The notes under the pieces were generated by a model that was not told the DNA's origin, searched no databases, and saw only the letters and a list, made by a program, of their open reading frames with translations. Of a stretch of 64,000 bases of DNA, positions 1 through 9,482 are shown in pieces. The stretch is taken from the NCBI GenBank assembly GCA_002432635.1, contig DJFX01000047.1, positions 146,555 to 210,554 on the forward strand, written 5' to 3'. Position 1 is the stretch's first letter; each line of letters begins with the position of its first letter. The position numbers and the translations under genes are program-made. The DNA comes from Halothiobacillaceae bacterium UBA5861 (lineage in GTDB: Bacteria > Pseudomonadota > Gammaproteobacteria > UBA5861).

Positions 1-72
1 AACCTGGTTGATGGCAGGAGAGCCGACCTCAAGTGACCCAGTCAAGGCGATAATGGGGTGTTGTTCTGACAT
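1..72 (-). CDS. Partial CDS of unknown function. The start codon is at 70-72 on the minus strand and the gene continues leftwards out of the window. N-terminus: MSEQHPIIALTGSLEVGSPAINQV.
   Basis: Reverse complement of 61-90 gives an aaggaaa RBS followed by ATG. The reading frame stays open to the window edge. Only 24 codons are visible. Confidence 0.3.
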   Translation of the reverse strand, partial: MSEQHPIIALTGSLEVGSPAINQV

Positions 73-110
73 ATCTCTTTTTCCTTAATCACTCAGTATG
101 CAAACGAAAC

Positions 111-857
111 CTAGGCCGGTTTGCGTTTGTATAATACATCCCAAATACCATGCCCCAAACGCGCGCCCCGCCGCTCAAAGTGCGTTTCAGGACGGTAGAC
201 GGGCCGGTCAACAAAGCCTGATGTCCCACCATCATTCACGAACCTACCCGAGCTGTCGATGACCTCGATCATTTGGTAGGCGTATTCCTCCCAGTCAGTG
301 GCCAAGTGGAGCACACCGTCGGGAGCGATACGCTCTGATAGCACATGAACAAAATCTGCGCTCACAAGGCGTCGTTTGTGGTGTTTTTTCTTTGGCCAGG
401 GGTCGGGAAAAAAGACCAGCACGCGATCAAGCGATTCAGGCTCGATAGCACATTGCAAAACAGTCACGGCATCATCACACATTACTCTGACATTGCTTAA
501 CCCGCGCGCTGCAATATTTTTGAGTAAACGACCAGCCCCCGGCTTATAGACATCAATACCGATAAAGTTGGTATCTGGATTGGCGGCGGCCATTTCAATC
601 AGCACATCACCATTACCAAACCCAACTTCCAGCCACACCGGAAATTGATTACCAAAAATGTGACAAAAATTGAGCGAACACGCCCCAGCATCAAGCCCAT
701 AAGTCTCCCAATGACACTCAAAGGCTTCTTTCTGTGCTTTCGTCATGCGCCCTGATCGCCTGACAAAACTCCGTATTGATTTAGGATGCTCCGCGAAAAG
801 CTTGTTTTTTTCAGCCTGCGCCAACACTGTCACCTTTTGGCTATAAAATAGTCCCAT
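111..857 (-). CDS. trmB: tRNA (guanine46-N7)-methyltransferase TrmB
   Basis: The track ORF 111..932 carries an N-terminal extension that overlaps thiG. The region from MGLFYSQ...[24 protein letters not shown] onward aligns with the TrmB N-terminus (RSFVRRQGRLT). An SAM-methyltransferase core with [14 protein letters not shown] is present. The likely start is at 857. Confidence 0.8.
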   Translation of the reverse strand: MGLFYSQKVTVLAQAEKNKLFAEHPKSIRSFVRRSGRMTKAQKEAFECHWETYGLDAGACSLNFCHIFGNQFPVWLEVGFGNGDVLIEMAAANPDTNFIGIDVYKPGAGRLLKNIAARGLSNVRVMCDDAVTVLQCAIEPESLDRVLVFFPDPWPKKKHHKRRLVSADFVHVLSERIAPDGVLHLATDWEEYAYQMIEVIDSSGRFVNDGGTSGFVDRPVYRPETHFERRGARLGHGIWDVLYKRKPA

Positions 858-1635
858 CAACCGGCGAAGATGCAGACGCATAGCGCCGACGAGGCATTCT
901 CCCTGCGAGGAAAGCTTCTCGCCCGGCCTCAACTGCTTTTTTCATGGCCGAAGCCATGAGTACTGGTTTTTTTGCCTGAGCAATTGCGGTATTCATCAAA
1001 ACACCATCACACCCCAACTCCATGGCGATACTGGCATCACTGGCTGTGCCGACACCGGCGTCCACGATGATAGGAACCGAGGCATTTTCGATAATGGTTA
1101 ATAAATTATATTTGTTTTGTACGCCTAAGCCTGATCCAATCGGCGCGGCCAACGGCATGACGGCCACACACCCCATTTCTTCAAGTCGTTTGGCGATAAT
1201 CAGGTCATCCGAGGTATACACCATGACGTCAAAACCTTCTTTGATTAACTGTTCAGCCGCCGCGAGAGTCTCTGTTACATTGGGATAGAGTGTTTTGTCA
1301 TCACCAAGAACTTCCAGCTTGACTAAGGAGTGCCCATCCAGGAGCTCTCGAGCCAATCGACACGTACGAATAGCCTCATCCGCCGTATAGCAAAAAGCGG
1401 TATTCGGCAGGATTGTAAATTCTTCGGGTGGCACCACATCCAAAAGATTGGGCTCCCCCGGGTTCTGCCCGATATTGACCCGTCGGATCGCCATCGTCAC
1501 AATATTCGCGCCACTCGCTCGAATGGCCATACCTGTCTCTTCAAGGCTTTTGTACTTACCGGTCCCTACAAGAAGCCGGGAGTGATAAGCACGTCCCGCT
1601 AACTTTAGCGGATCCTGCGAATCAACATTTGACAT
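841..1635 (-). CDS. thiG: Thiazole synthase ThiG
   Basis: 264 aa, with ThiG-family motifs ([29 protein letters not shown]). It lies immediately downstream of thiS on the same strand. Confidence 0.9.
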   Translation of the reverse strand: MSNVDSQDPLKLAGRAYHSRLLVGTGKYKSLEETGMAIRASGANIVTMAIRRVNIGQNPGEPNLLDVVPPEEFTILPNTAFCYTADEAIRTCRLARELLDGHSLVKLEVLGDDKTLYPNVTETLAAAEQLIKEGFDVMVYTSDDLIIAKRLEEMGCVAVMPLAAPIGSGLGVQNKYNLLTIIENASVPIIVDAGVGTASDASIAMELGCDGVLMNTAIAQAKKPVLMASAMKKAVEAGREAFLAGRMPRRRYASASSPVDGTIL

Positions 1636-1655
1636 CTGCTACCTCTTTTCTCAAA

Positions 1656-1856
1656 TTAGCCACCGCCAATTGCACGCACAATTTCAATTTTATCATTTGC
1701 TTGTAAAGTATAATTTGCATGCTCCGCACGAGGAATGACTTGCTGGTTGACTTCAATCGCAAAACGCTGACCAACAAGCTCTAGCATTGCAATCAGGCCT
1801 GTTAGCGTCAGATCATCTGGAACAGACTTGTTTTTACTGTTAACAATTATTTCCAC
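1656..1856 (-). CDS. thiS: Sulfur carrier protein ThiS, 66 aa, with a GTG start
   Basis: The track ORF 1656..2207 has no in-frame stop and is too long. Only the last 66 codons (VEIIVNSK...KIEIVRAIGGG) match ThiS in length. They carry the ubiquitin-like C-terminal GG, and GTG lies at the right distance. The C-terminus is ThiS-like (cf. ...LFQVIAGG). Confidence 0.75.
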   Translation of the reverse strand: MEIIVNSKNKSVPDDLTLTGLIAMLELVGQRFAIEVNQQVIPRAEHANYTLQANDKIEIVRAIGGG

Positions 1857-2013
1857 AACTTGCAGTCTCTGCAATCTGTCTACTGTCGAATGTAAGATTC
1901 CTAAGTTTGCATTGGCTGAATCTAGATTGCAAAATAAGATCTGATTTAGCCGGTTCACCACCTTATCTGTAGCGGTCGTGAAAAAAGAATTTAACTCTGG
2001 AGATCGACAATAA

Positions 2014-2454
2014 ATGAAAAAAATAGCTTTTCTCATCGTCACTGCATTGTCAGTACTCTTAAATGCGGCACACGCAAGGGATGACAAACTCATGCTTCCC
2101 ATTAAAGAAGCCAAAGCGCTGGGCATGGAAAAAGAAAAATTAGACCCTAATATACCCTTGTACTTCGGCACTACAGCGCACCCTGCCGTACAAAAAAAGT
2201 TTGGCACATTTGTCTCTAATAAGAAAACAAACGCCGTTGGTAAATCAGATGAATATGCCTGTCAGTGGGTTTTTCTTTCAGCGGCCATTGCACTTCAGGA
2301 ACGCGCCAAAGCAGAAGGGGGTAATGCCGTTATCAACATAAAAAGCTACTATAAGAAAAACGAGTTCAGCAGCAACACCGAATTTGAATGCCATGCCGGA
2401 AATATTATGGCAGGTGTAGCCTTGCGGGGTACCGTAGTCAAAATCGCCCGTTAA
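2014..2454 (+). CDS. Hypothetical small secreted protein. It has a signal peptide MKKIAFLIVTALSVLLNAAHA and two Cys residues.
   Basis: Clear N-terminal signal peptide with AHA-R cleavage context. I recognise no catalytic motif. It sits where gmk usually precedes rpoZ. Confidence 0.5.
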   Translation: MKKIAFLIVTALSVLLNAAHARDDKLMLPIKEAKALGMEKEKLDPNIPLYFGTTAHPAVQKKFGTFVSNKKTNAVGKSDEYACQWVFLSAAIALQERAKAEGGNAVINIKSYYKKNEFSSNTEFECHAGNIMAGVALRGTVVKIAR

Positions 2455-2698
2455 TCTGTAGAGATTGCATGAGCGCGCAGCGTAACAACCCCACTCAACA
2501 TCAACACATGCCATATACTACAGGTAACTTTCTAACTTAACAGTTGGAAGGTTACCGGCTTCTTATTTCACCTAGACAGAAAAAACAGCTATCTTACATG
2601 AACAGATGACTGGAATTTGCGTAATGCCCTTGTAATAAGGTGCGTTATGCGATAATAAATGTGCTGTAAAGCAAGTAAATTTTAACTGAGGATTATGT

Positions 2699-2959
2699 AT
2701 GGCTCGTGTCACCGTAGAAGACTGTCTGGATAAAGTAGATAACCGTTTTGAGCTCATTTTAGTAGCCACAAAAAGAGCCAGGGATATCTCAATGGGCGCC
2801 CACCCACTAATTGAAATTGAAAACGACAAACCAACCGTCCTTGCTCTCAGAGAAATCGCGGAAGGAAAGATTGATAAAAGTATTTTAAATCAGGTATCTG
2901 CACAGTCTCATGCGGGCATCTCCACAATAACAGAAGAGGAAGCCTCCACTGAGCTTTGA
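2699..2959 (+). CDS. rpoZ: DNA-directed RNA polymerase subunit omega
   Basis: [43 protein letters not shown] is the canonical RpoZ N-terminus. It is followed by spoT, as in most gammaproteobacteria. Confidence 0.9.
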   Translation: MARVTVEDCLDKVDNRFELILVATKRARDISMGAHPLIEIENDKPTVLALREIAEGKIDKSILNQVSAQSHAGISTITEEEASTEL

Positions 2960-2997
2960 GGCATATATTATCCCGCTTTCGCATCAACTAGTGAGCA

Positions 2998-5181
2998 TTG
3001 CAAGAGATGCCCTCGCCTCTACCATCAGAGCTTTATAAGGAAACGATGAAAGTTGCTGAACAAGAGCAACTGGAAGACTTTTATGTACTGATTGAAAAGC
3101 GCTTCTCTGCCGAACAGGTCCGTGCCATCAAAGAAGCCTATCAATTAGCCAATGAATCTCACCAAGGGCAATACAGAAAATCAGGCGACCCCTACATAAC
3201 ACACCCTGTCGCCGTTGCAACACTGACTGTTGAGCTTAACCTTGATCATCTTAGCGTCATGGCCGCCTTGCTTCATGATGTGATTGAAGATACGGCTGTT
3301 ACCCGTGAAGACATCAGTAGCCAGTTCGGCGAAGAAGTCGCCCACCTCGTCGATGGATTAAGCAAACTCACACACTTGCACTTTCAATCCAAAGCAGAAG
3401 CCCAGGCAGCCAACTTCCAAAAAATGGTCCTGGCAATGGCAGACGATATTCGAGTCGTCCTCATTAAACTTTCCGACCGCTTACATAACATGCGTACGCT
3501 GGACGCCATGTCGCCAGATAAGCGAAGACGAATCGGCAAGGAAACGCTGGACATTTATGCCCCCATCGCCAGCAGACTTGGAATCACTCGAATCAAGAAC
3601 GAGCTGGAAGACCTTGGATTTAAAGCTCTTTACCCTGCTCGCTGGCGAGTTCTTGGGGCCGCTGTAAAAGGCGCTCGCAACAAGCGCAGGGCTTTGGTTG
3701 AAAAAGTTGAGTCACTCATAGCCAGTCAGTTAAAAACCGAAAACATACACGCCAGAGTTAACGGACGGGAAAAGCACTTATACAGCCTTTATCTGAAAAT
3801 GCGCAGCAAGCAGCTCTCATTTCAAGAGGTGTACGATATGTTTGCTGTTCGCATCATCACAGACACAGGTGATAACTGTTACCGAACACTCGGCGTCCTG
3901 CACAGCCTCTACAAACCCATTCCCGGGCATTTCGAAGATCATATTGCAATCCCCAAAGCCAATGGCTATCAATCACTCCATACTGTGGTTTCTATCCCTC
4001 CTGGCATCCCTGCTGAAATTCAAATCCGTACCGAAGAGATGAATCACTTCGCGGAATCGGGCATTGCTGCGCGCTGGGTTCACAAAGTCAACGAAGAGGG
4101 AGACTTCACCCATGCCCGCACGCGCAAGTGGCTGAAAAGCTTGCTGGACATGCAAGAAACATCCGACAGCTCTGTTGATTTTTTCGAAAATGTCAAAGTC
4201 GACCTCTTCCCTGACGAAATTTACGTGTTCACCCCAAAAGGGGACATTTTGCAATTACCGGCCAATGCGACATCGGTTGACTTCGCATATGCCATTCATT
4301 CCCAAATAGGGAATACCTGTGTAGCGGCCAAAATAAACCGCCAACTCGCGCCCTTAAATACAACTCTGGTCTCGGGCCAGACAGTTGAGATCATCACCTC
4401 TGAGACAGGGCGCCCAAGCCCACTGTGGCTCAACTTCATTGTCACCGCCAAAGCCCGCGCCGAAATTCGCCACTACCTGAAAAATAAAGGCACTGAAGAA
4501 GCCGCTGAGTTTGGTAAACGGTTATTAAACCGGGAACTTTCCCAATACAACCAGAGCACACAAAGCCTCAACCCGGAACGTTACGAAAGTGTTTTAGAGG
4601 AGTTTCAATATTCGGATATTGACAACATGCTGATTGACATCGGGTTAGGTAATCGGCTACCCAAACTCATTGCACAGCGACTGCTACAAAAACCTGAGCA
4701 AGACATAGTCGCACACCAGGAAAACCAAGTAACTACTAATCCGCTCGTCATTGAGGGGTCGGAAGGAGAAGTTGTAAGCTTTCCGCGCTGCTGTATGCCG
4801 ATCCCCGGAGATAATATTCAAGGATTCCTCACTGCAGGTAAAGGGATCGTCATCCACCGCTCGGGCTGCAAAAATGTCGGTCGTTTACGACGGCGACCTC
4901 AGCAGTGGGTGCCGGTCGAGTGGTCAACCGATTATAGCGGAGAATTCCAGACGAACATTGCTGTCGAGCTTTATAATAAAGCAGGGGTTCTAGCCCGCGT
5001 GGCAAGCTGTATATCCGATATGGGCTGTAATATTGAAAACATCACGTTTCAAGGCAATCCGGGCACTCACTCCAATACCAATGTTTTTACACTCAGCGTA
5101 CGAAGCCGTAAACAACTCGCGACATTGATCCGAAGACTCCGCCATATCCCGGTGGTCATACGTGTCAGACGAGAACTTTAA
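2998..5181 (+). CDS. spoT: Bifunctional (p)ppGpp synthetase/hydrolase SpoT
   Basis: HD hydrolase motif (HDVIEDT), RelA/SpoT synthetase domain, TGS and ACT regions. It forms the usual rpoZ-spoT operon. The true start may be the downstream Met at 3046. Confidence 0.9.
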   Translation: MQEMPSPLPSELYKETMKVAEQEQLEDFYVLIEKRFSAEQVRAIKEAYQLANESHQGQYRKSGDPYITHPVAVATLTVELNLDHLSVMAALLHDVIEDTAVTREDISSQFGEEVAHLVDGLSKLTHLHFQSKAEAQAANFQKMVLAMADDIRVVLIKLSDRLHNMRTLDAMSPDKRRRIGKETLDIYAPIASRLGITRIKNELEDLGFKALYPARWRVLGAAVKGARNKRRALVEKVESLIASQLKTENIHARVNGREKHLYSLYLKMRSKQLSFQEVYDMFAVRIITDTGDNCYRTLGVLHSLYKPIPGHFEDHIAIPKANGYQSLHTVVSIPPGIPAEIQIRTEEMNHFAESGIAARWVHKVNEEGDFTHARTRKWLKSLLDMQETSDSSVDFFENVKVDLFPDEIYVFTPKGDILQLPANATSVDFAYAIHSQIGNTCVAAKINRQLAPLNTTLVSGQTVEIITSETGRPSPLWLNFIVTAKARAEIRHYLKNKGTEEAAEFGKRLLNRELSQYNQSTQSLNPERYESVLEEFQYSDIDNMLIDIGLGNRLPKLIAQRLLQKPEQDIVAHQENQVTTNPLVIEGSEGEVVSFPRCCMPIPGDNIQGFLTAGKGIVIHRSGCKNVGRLRRRPQQWVPVEWSTDYSGEFQTNIAVELYNKAGVLARVASCISDMGCNIENITFQGNPGTHSNTNVFTLSVRSRKQLATLIRRLRHIPVVIRVRREL

Positions 5182-5200
5182 AAACTAGGCAGGAATCACC

Positions 5201-5605
5201 ATGACAAATAAAACCCCTGTGGCGACCACACAGGCACCCGCCGCAATTGGCACCTATTCGCAAGCCATCAAAACAGGAAACACCGTCTATCTCTCTGGGC
5301 AAATCCCACTGGTGCCCGAAACAATGGCAATCATTACCGGTGATATCAAAGACATGATCCAACAAGTCTTTGACAACCTGAGCGCAGTGGCAAAAGCAGC
5401 GGGAGGCTCACTGGCGGACATTGTAAAACTTAACGTTTACTTAACCGATTTACAGCACTTTGCCTTGGTAAATGAAGTGATGGAGCAAAACTTTCAGGCA
5501 CCTTTTCCTGCCCGTGCAGCCGTCGGTGTCGCAGAGCTACCGAAAGGTGTCCCCGTTGAAATCGATGCAATTATGGTCATTGATGACACACGCCTCCTTC
5601 CTTAG
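5201..5605 (+). CDS. ridA: RidA/YjgF-family reactive enamine/imine deaminase
   Basis: 134 aa YjgF/chorismate mutase-like fold with conserved motifs (TVYLSGQIP, NVYLTD, PARAAVGVAELP). Confidence 0.8.
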   Translation: MTNKTPVATTQAPAAIGTYSQAIKTGNTVYLSGQIPLVPETMAIITGDIKDMIQQVFDNLSAVAKAAGGSLADIVKLNVYLTDLQHFALVNEVMEQNFQAPFPARAAVGVAELPKGVPVEIDAIMVIDDTRLLP

Positions 5606-5608
5606 AAA

Positions 5609-7705
5609 ATGTCCGAGGCTCAAGGCTTATCGGTTTGGGATGCCCCACTCACCCAGCTAAAAGGTGTCGGGCCCAAACTGGCCGAAAAACTGACCCGACT
5701 CAACCTGTTCACTCTGCAAGACATCCTCTTCCACCTACCTCATCGCTATCAGGACCGGACACGCATTGCGAGCATTGCGAACCTAACACCCGGAAGCGAG
5801 ATCACTACAGAGGGTGTCATTCAATCGTCGCGCATCGTCTTTGGGCGGCGGCGCAGCTTAATATGTCAGATCAATGATCACTCAGGGCTCTTAACCCTCC
5901 GCTTCTTTCACTTTAGCCGAACCCAGAAAGACACCTTAAAACCCGGCGCAAAGCTCCGTTGCTTTGGTGAAGTCAGGCGAGGTGCAACAAGCCTGGAAAT
6001 GATCCACCCAGAATACACCTTTGTGAGCCGAGAAAACCCACACTATGAGGCCGAGCAAAGCTATACCCCCATTTTTCCTAGCACTCAGGGCATCAGCCAA
6101 TCACTCTTGCGCAATCTTGTACAGCAAGCGCTCAAGCTGCTGGAGCACCACCCACTGAGCAATTGGTTACCGATGAAACTACTGCCCCCCTTAATCAGCA
6201 GAGACCTTGTAACCTCTCTTAAATGGATACACTTCCCCCCCGCAGATATGCTTTTTGAGCAGTTGGACCCGGGCAAGAATCCCAATAGAAGACGCCTCGC
6301 CTTTGAGGAACTCATTGCACACCGGCTGGCAATGCTTGAACGCCAGAAGACCTACCGGAGAGAAGCGGCATTCGCTTGCCCCAAAAATAACACGGCACTG
6401 AAGCAGCTTACCCAATCTCTGTCATTCTCACTGACATCGGCACAGCAGCGCGTGATTCACGAAATCAACAACGACCTGGCGGGCACGCAACCGATGCAAC
6501 GATTGCTCCAAGGCGATGTCGGCTCAGGAAAAACCCTCGTAGCTGCCACCGCTATCCTGCAATGTATCAAAGCCGGCTACCAGGCTGCCTTAATGGTCCC
6601 AACAGAGATCCTCGCAGAGCAACATACCCAGTCTTTTACTCAATGGTTTGAACCGATGGGAATAAAAGTTGCCACCATCAGCGGGCAACTGCGTATGCGT
6701 GAACGCAATCAACGCACTCAGGATCTTCAGGAAGGTCAGATTGACTTGGTGATCGGAACCCATGCCCTGTTTCAAGCCGATGTTCACTTTAAGAAACTGG
6801 CCTTAATCGTGATTGATGAACAACACCGGTTTGGCGTAGATCAGCGTTTAGCCCTACGCCAAAAAGGCGGCCCATTGGGACAAACGCCGCACCAGTTGAT
6901 CATGACAGCGACACCGATCCCTCGGACACTGGCTATGACACTTTACGCGGACTTGGACTGTTCAGTGATTGATGAGCTGCCTCCCGGTCGCCAAGCCATC
7001 AAAACCGTTGTAATGCCAGAAAGCCGTCGGGACGCTCTTATTACACGTATCCGGGAAGCTTTAACAGCCGGCACACAGGTTTATTGGGTCTGCACACTGA
7101 TTGACGAATCCGAGGCTTTGCAATGCCAAACAGCAGAAAAAACTGCCGAGGTACTCCAGTCTGCTCTCCCAGGGTCCGCAGTTGGCTTGCTTCATGGGCG
7201 TATGAAGCCTGACGAAAAAGAAACCATTATGACTCGCTATAAGTCGGGTGATATCCAGTTACTGGTCGCCACCACAGTTATTGAAGTGGGGGTAAATGTT
7301 CCAAATGCCTCGCTGATGGTGATCGAAAACGCGGAACGTTTAGGGCTTTCACAGCTACACCAGTTGCGCGGACGGGTAGGCCGGGGCAATAAAAGCAGCA
7401 GCTGTGTGCTGCTTTACCAGGGGCCACTCACTCAAACAGCCAAAGAGCGGCTCGCCATCATGCGTGAAACCAATGATGGTTTTAAAATCGCGGAAAAAGA
7501 CCTCGAAATAAGAGGCTCCGGTGAACTCATGGGCGTTAAGCAAACAGGTGTGATGCAATTTCGTATTGCGGACTTACGCATTGATGCTCATTTACTCGAT
7601 GCGGTCCAGGCAACCGCAACACACCTTCAGGAAAACAGCCCGGACGCTATACAGCCTCTTATCCGCCGCTGGCTGAAACAAACAGAGGTTTATGTGCACG
7701 TCTAA
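5609..7705 (+). CDS. recG: ATP-dependent DNA helicase RecG
   Basis: 698 aa. Wedge domain, Walker A GDVGSGKT, DEQH box and helicase C-terminal motifs (QLRGRVGRG). Confidence 0.9.
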   Translation: MSEAQGLSVWDAPLTQLKGVGPKLAEKLTRLNLFTLQDILFHLPHRYQDRTRIASIANLTPGSEITTEGVIQSSRIVFGRRRSLICQINDHSGLLTLRFFHFSRTQKDTLKPGAKLRCFGEVRRGATSLEMIHPEYTFVSRENPHYEAEQSYTPIFPSTQGISQSLLRNLVQQALKLLEHHPLSNWLPMKLLPPLISRDLVTSLKWIHFPPADMLFEQLDPGKNPNRRRLAFEELIAHRLAMLERQKTYRREAAFACPKNNTALKQLTQSLSFSLTSAQQRVIHEINNDLAGTQPMQRLLQGDVGSGKTLVAATAILQCIKAGYQAALMVPTEILAEQHTQSFTQWFEPMGIKVATISGQLRMRERNQRTQDLQEGQIDLVIGTHALFQADVHFKKLALIVIDEQHRFGVDQRLALRQKGGPLGQTPHQLIMTATPIPRTLAMTLYADLDCSVIDELPPGRQAIKTVVMPESRRDALITRIREALTAGTQVYWVCTLIDESEALQCQTAEKTAEVLQSALPGSAVGLLHGRMKPDEKETIMTRYKSGDIQLLVATTVIEVGVNVPNASLMVIENAERLGLSQLHQLRGRVGRGNKSSSCVLLYQGPLTQTAKERLAIMRETNDGFKIAEKDLEIRGSGELMGVKQTGVMQFRIADLRIDAHLLDAVQATATHLQENSPDAIQPLIRRWLKQTEVYVHV

Positions 7706-8289
7706 CGCGCTCTGTACCTTTTAAAAAAATAAATCCCTCCAGCAGCGACGAGCCCGGCAATCCCTCCATAAAGATGGGAGTCGACGGCAACTTTACCACC
7801 CACATTCGATTCAGAACCCGGCACAGGACCGTACCACTGTTCCCACACCAGCTTGGCAATGGTAACTGTCAGCAATAAGACGTGTGTTTTCGGGTAGCGC
7901 TTCAGCCCACCCAACGCGCCCGCTAGAATTAAACCATGCAATATGCCCGAAAATCCTACGTACCAATGAATATCCGGAGAAAAAAAATAAAGACCAAGAC
8001 CCACGCCAAGCGCAGACAAAATCAGGATCAATATCCACTCCAGATCACGGTAGCTATCCCAAACTACCCAGTAAATCAGCCCTAATCCGAGCATATTCAT
8101 CACAAAGTGGGACCAGCCCAAGTGAACAAAATTTCCTGTAAGCAACAACCATACGTGTCCTTCGGCGACACTTGCCCGGTCAAACCTAACGGCTTCTTCT
8201 AACCCGACCAGCTGCAATGCCAAACACAGTAATCCGACTAAAAAGGGTACTAAGTGGGGAATTTCCGTGGGTATTTTCGCCGTGTTCAT
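7702..8289 (-). CDS. Rhomboid-family intramembrane serine protease, rhombosortase-like. 195 aa, six predicted TM helices.
   Basis: Catalytic GFSGILHG (GxSG) and a downstream TM His (HLYGGIAG). The length and minimal architecture match rhombosortase (GlyGly-CTERM sorting protease) rather than GlpG. Confidence 0.6.
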   Translation of the reverse strand: MNTAKIPTEIPHLVPFLVGLLCLALQLVGLEEAVRFDRASVAEGHVWLLLTGNFVHLGWSHFVMNMLGLGLIYWVVWDSYRDLEWILILILSALGVGLGLYFFSPDIHWYVGFSGILHGLILAGALGGLKRYPKTHVLLLTVTIAKLVWEQWYGPVPGSESNVGGKVAVDSHLYGGIAGLVAAGGIYFFKRYRAR

Positions 8290-8491
8290 TATGATTTAAT
8301 TACCTTCAAGCGCGATTGTTCTCGCCAATTCTACATGGTTTGTCGCCAAGACAAGCGCACATCTCAAAACACATCAAAAATGATGATATAGTGGCTAAGA
8401 TTGAACGTGGGCAGATCATTCTACGACGACACGACTCACAAGTACCGCAAAAATAATTCATTAAAAATTTTAATCATTTCAGGGGATAGTT

Positions 8492-8947
8492 ATGACAGAT
8501 ATTTATTTTGAAGATCTCAATGTGGGCGATATTTTCAAATCACCTGGCAGGACCGTTACACAGGCTGACGTTGTCGCCTTCGCTGGCTTATCGGGTGACT
8601 ATATGCCACTTCATACTGATATTGAGTATGGGAAAAGCACCATGTACGGCGAACCCATTGCACATGGTCTGCTCGGCCTGTCCATTGCCTCAGGTTTATT
8701 TACACGCACGGAGTTAGCCACAGGCTTTGTCAACACCGTAATGGCGTTACTCGGGCTCGAATGGAAATTTACAGGGCCCATCAAGTTTAATGACACGATC
8801 CACGTTTCTGTAAAAGTCATTGATAAGCGCGAGACCAGCAAACCTGACCGTGGCATCATCACACTGGAACGCAGCGTCATTAATCAACGCGGCGAAACCG
8901 TACAAATTGGCAAAACGCCTGTTATGATCAAGCGACGAACAGACTAA
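8492..8947 (+). CDS. MaoC-like (R)-specific enoyl-CoA hydratase with a hotdog fold
   Basis: 151 aa MaoC dehydratase signature (GDYMPLHTD...AHGLLGLS). Confidence 0.8.
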   Translation: MTDIYFEDLNVGDIFKSPGRTVTQADVVAFAGLSGDYMPLHTDIEYGKSTMYGEPIAHGLLGLSIASGLFTRTELATGFVNTVMALLGLEWKFTGPIKFNDTIHVSVKVIDKRETSKPDRGIITLERSVINQRGETVQIGKTPVMIKRRTD

Positions 8948-8990
8948 GTTCAAGCGCATGTGCCTCGGCGCAAAACAGCGAGAGGCACAC

Positions 8991-9425
8991 TTAGCGTTTT
9001 TGAATGGAAGAGTGCCGATAGCGCATGGTTGCCTCAGCAACCGCCACCAAATTATTGCGATCATCAAACAGTTCGGCTACAGACATAAAAATACTCTTCC
9101 CACCGCCCCGCTTACGGCCAATTGCGGAAACGCGCCCATGCGTAACAGCAGCAATGAAATTAGTGTTCATTGCCAATGTCATGGCCGCTTTTCTTGCCTC
9201 CAGTGTCGGCGCATAACAGCCCGACAATGTGGCTGCCGTATCAAGCACAGACATCAAAACACCCCCGTGCACCATGCCTGCCGGATTAAGATGATGGTCC
9301 TCAATATCCAGACTGATAATGACACGTTCGGGCAACCAGGACTCCAGCTCAAGCCCCATATGCTGGCTGAATTTTTGTTCAAACCGTGGACGGTACAATT
9401 CGGCAATATCAGGCGAGGCTGCCAC
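8991..9425 (-). CDS. PaaI/4HBT-type hotdog thioesterase
   Basis: 144 aa. The NPAGMVHGGVLMSVLDTA motif is typical of PaaI-family thioesterases. Confidence 0.7.
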   Translation of the reverse strand: MAASPDIAELYRPRFEQKFSQHMGLELESWLPERVIISLDIEDHHLNPAGMVHGGVLMSVLDTAATLSGCYAPTLEARKAAMTLAMNTNFIAAVTHGRVSAIGRKRGGGKSIFMSVAELFDDRNNLVAVAEATMRYRHSSIQKR

Positions 9426-9482
9426 AAGACACTCCTTTATTATTGACGCACAACCCCGCTCGGAGCTGTGCGTTATTGGCCA

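Noticed and set aside
111-932. 273-aa trmB ORF with an N-terminal extension overlapping thiG
   Set aside because: The extension precedes the region that aligns to the TrmB N-terminus. The internal Met at 857 gives a normal-length protein of about 248 aa.
1857-2013. Possible TPP riboswitch upstream of thiS
   Set aside because: I read the reverse complement looking for THI-box elements (CUGAGA, ACCUGAUCUGGAUAAUGCCAGCG). Only weak, partial resemblance was found. A covariance-model scan would be needed, so it is not called.
1656-2207. 183-aa track ORF on the minus strand
   Set aside because: Only the last 66 codons behave like ThiS (length, GTG start, C-terminal GG). The upstream part has no homology, overlaps the start of the plus-strand secreted-protein gene, and simply lacks an in-frame stop.
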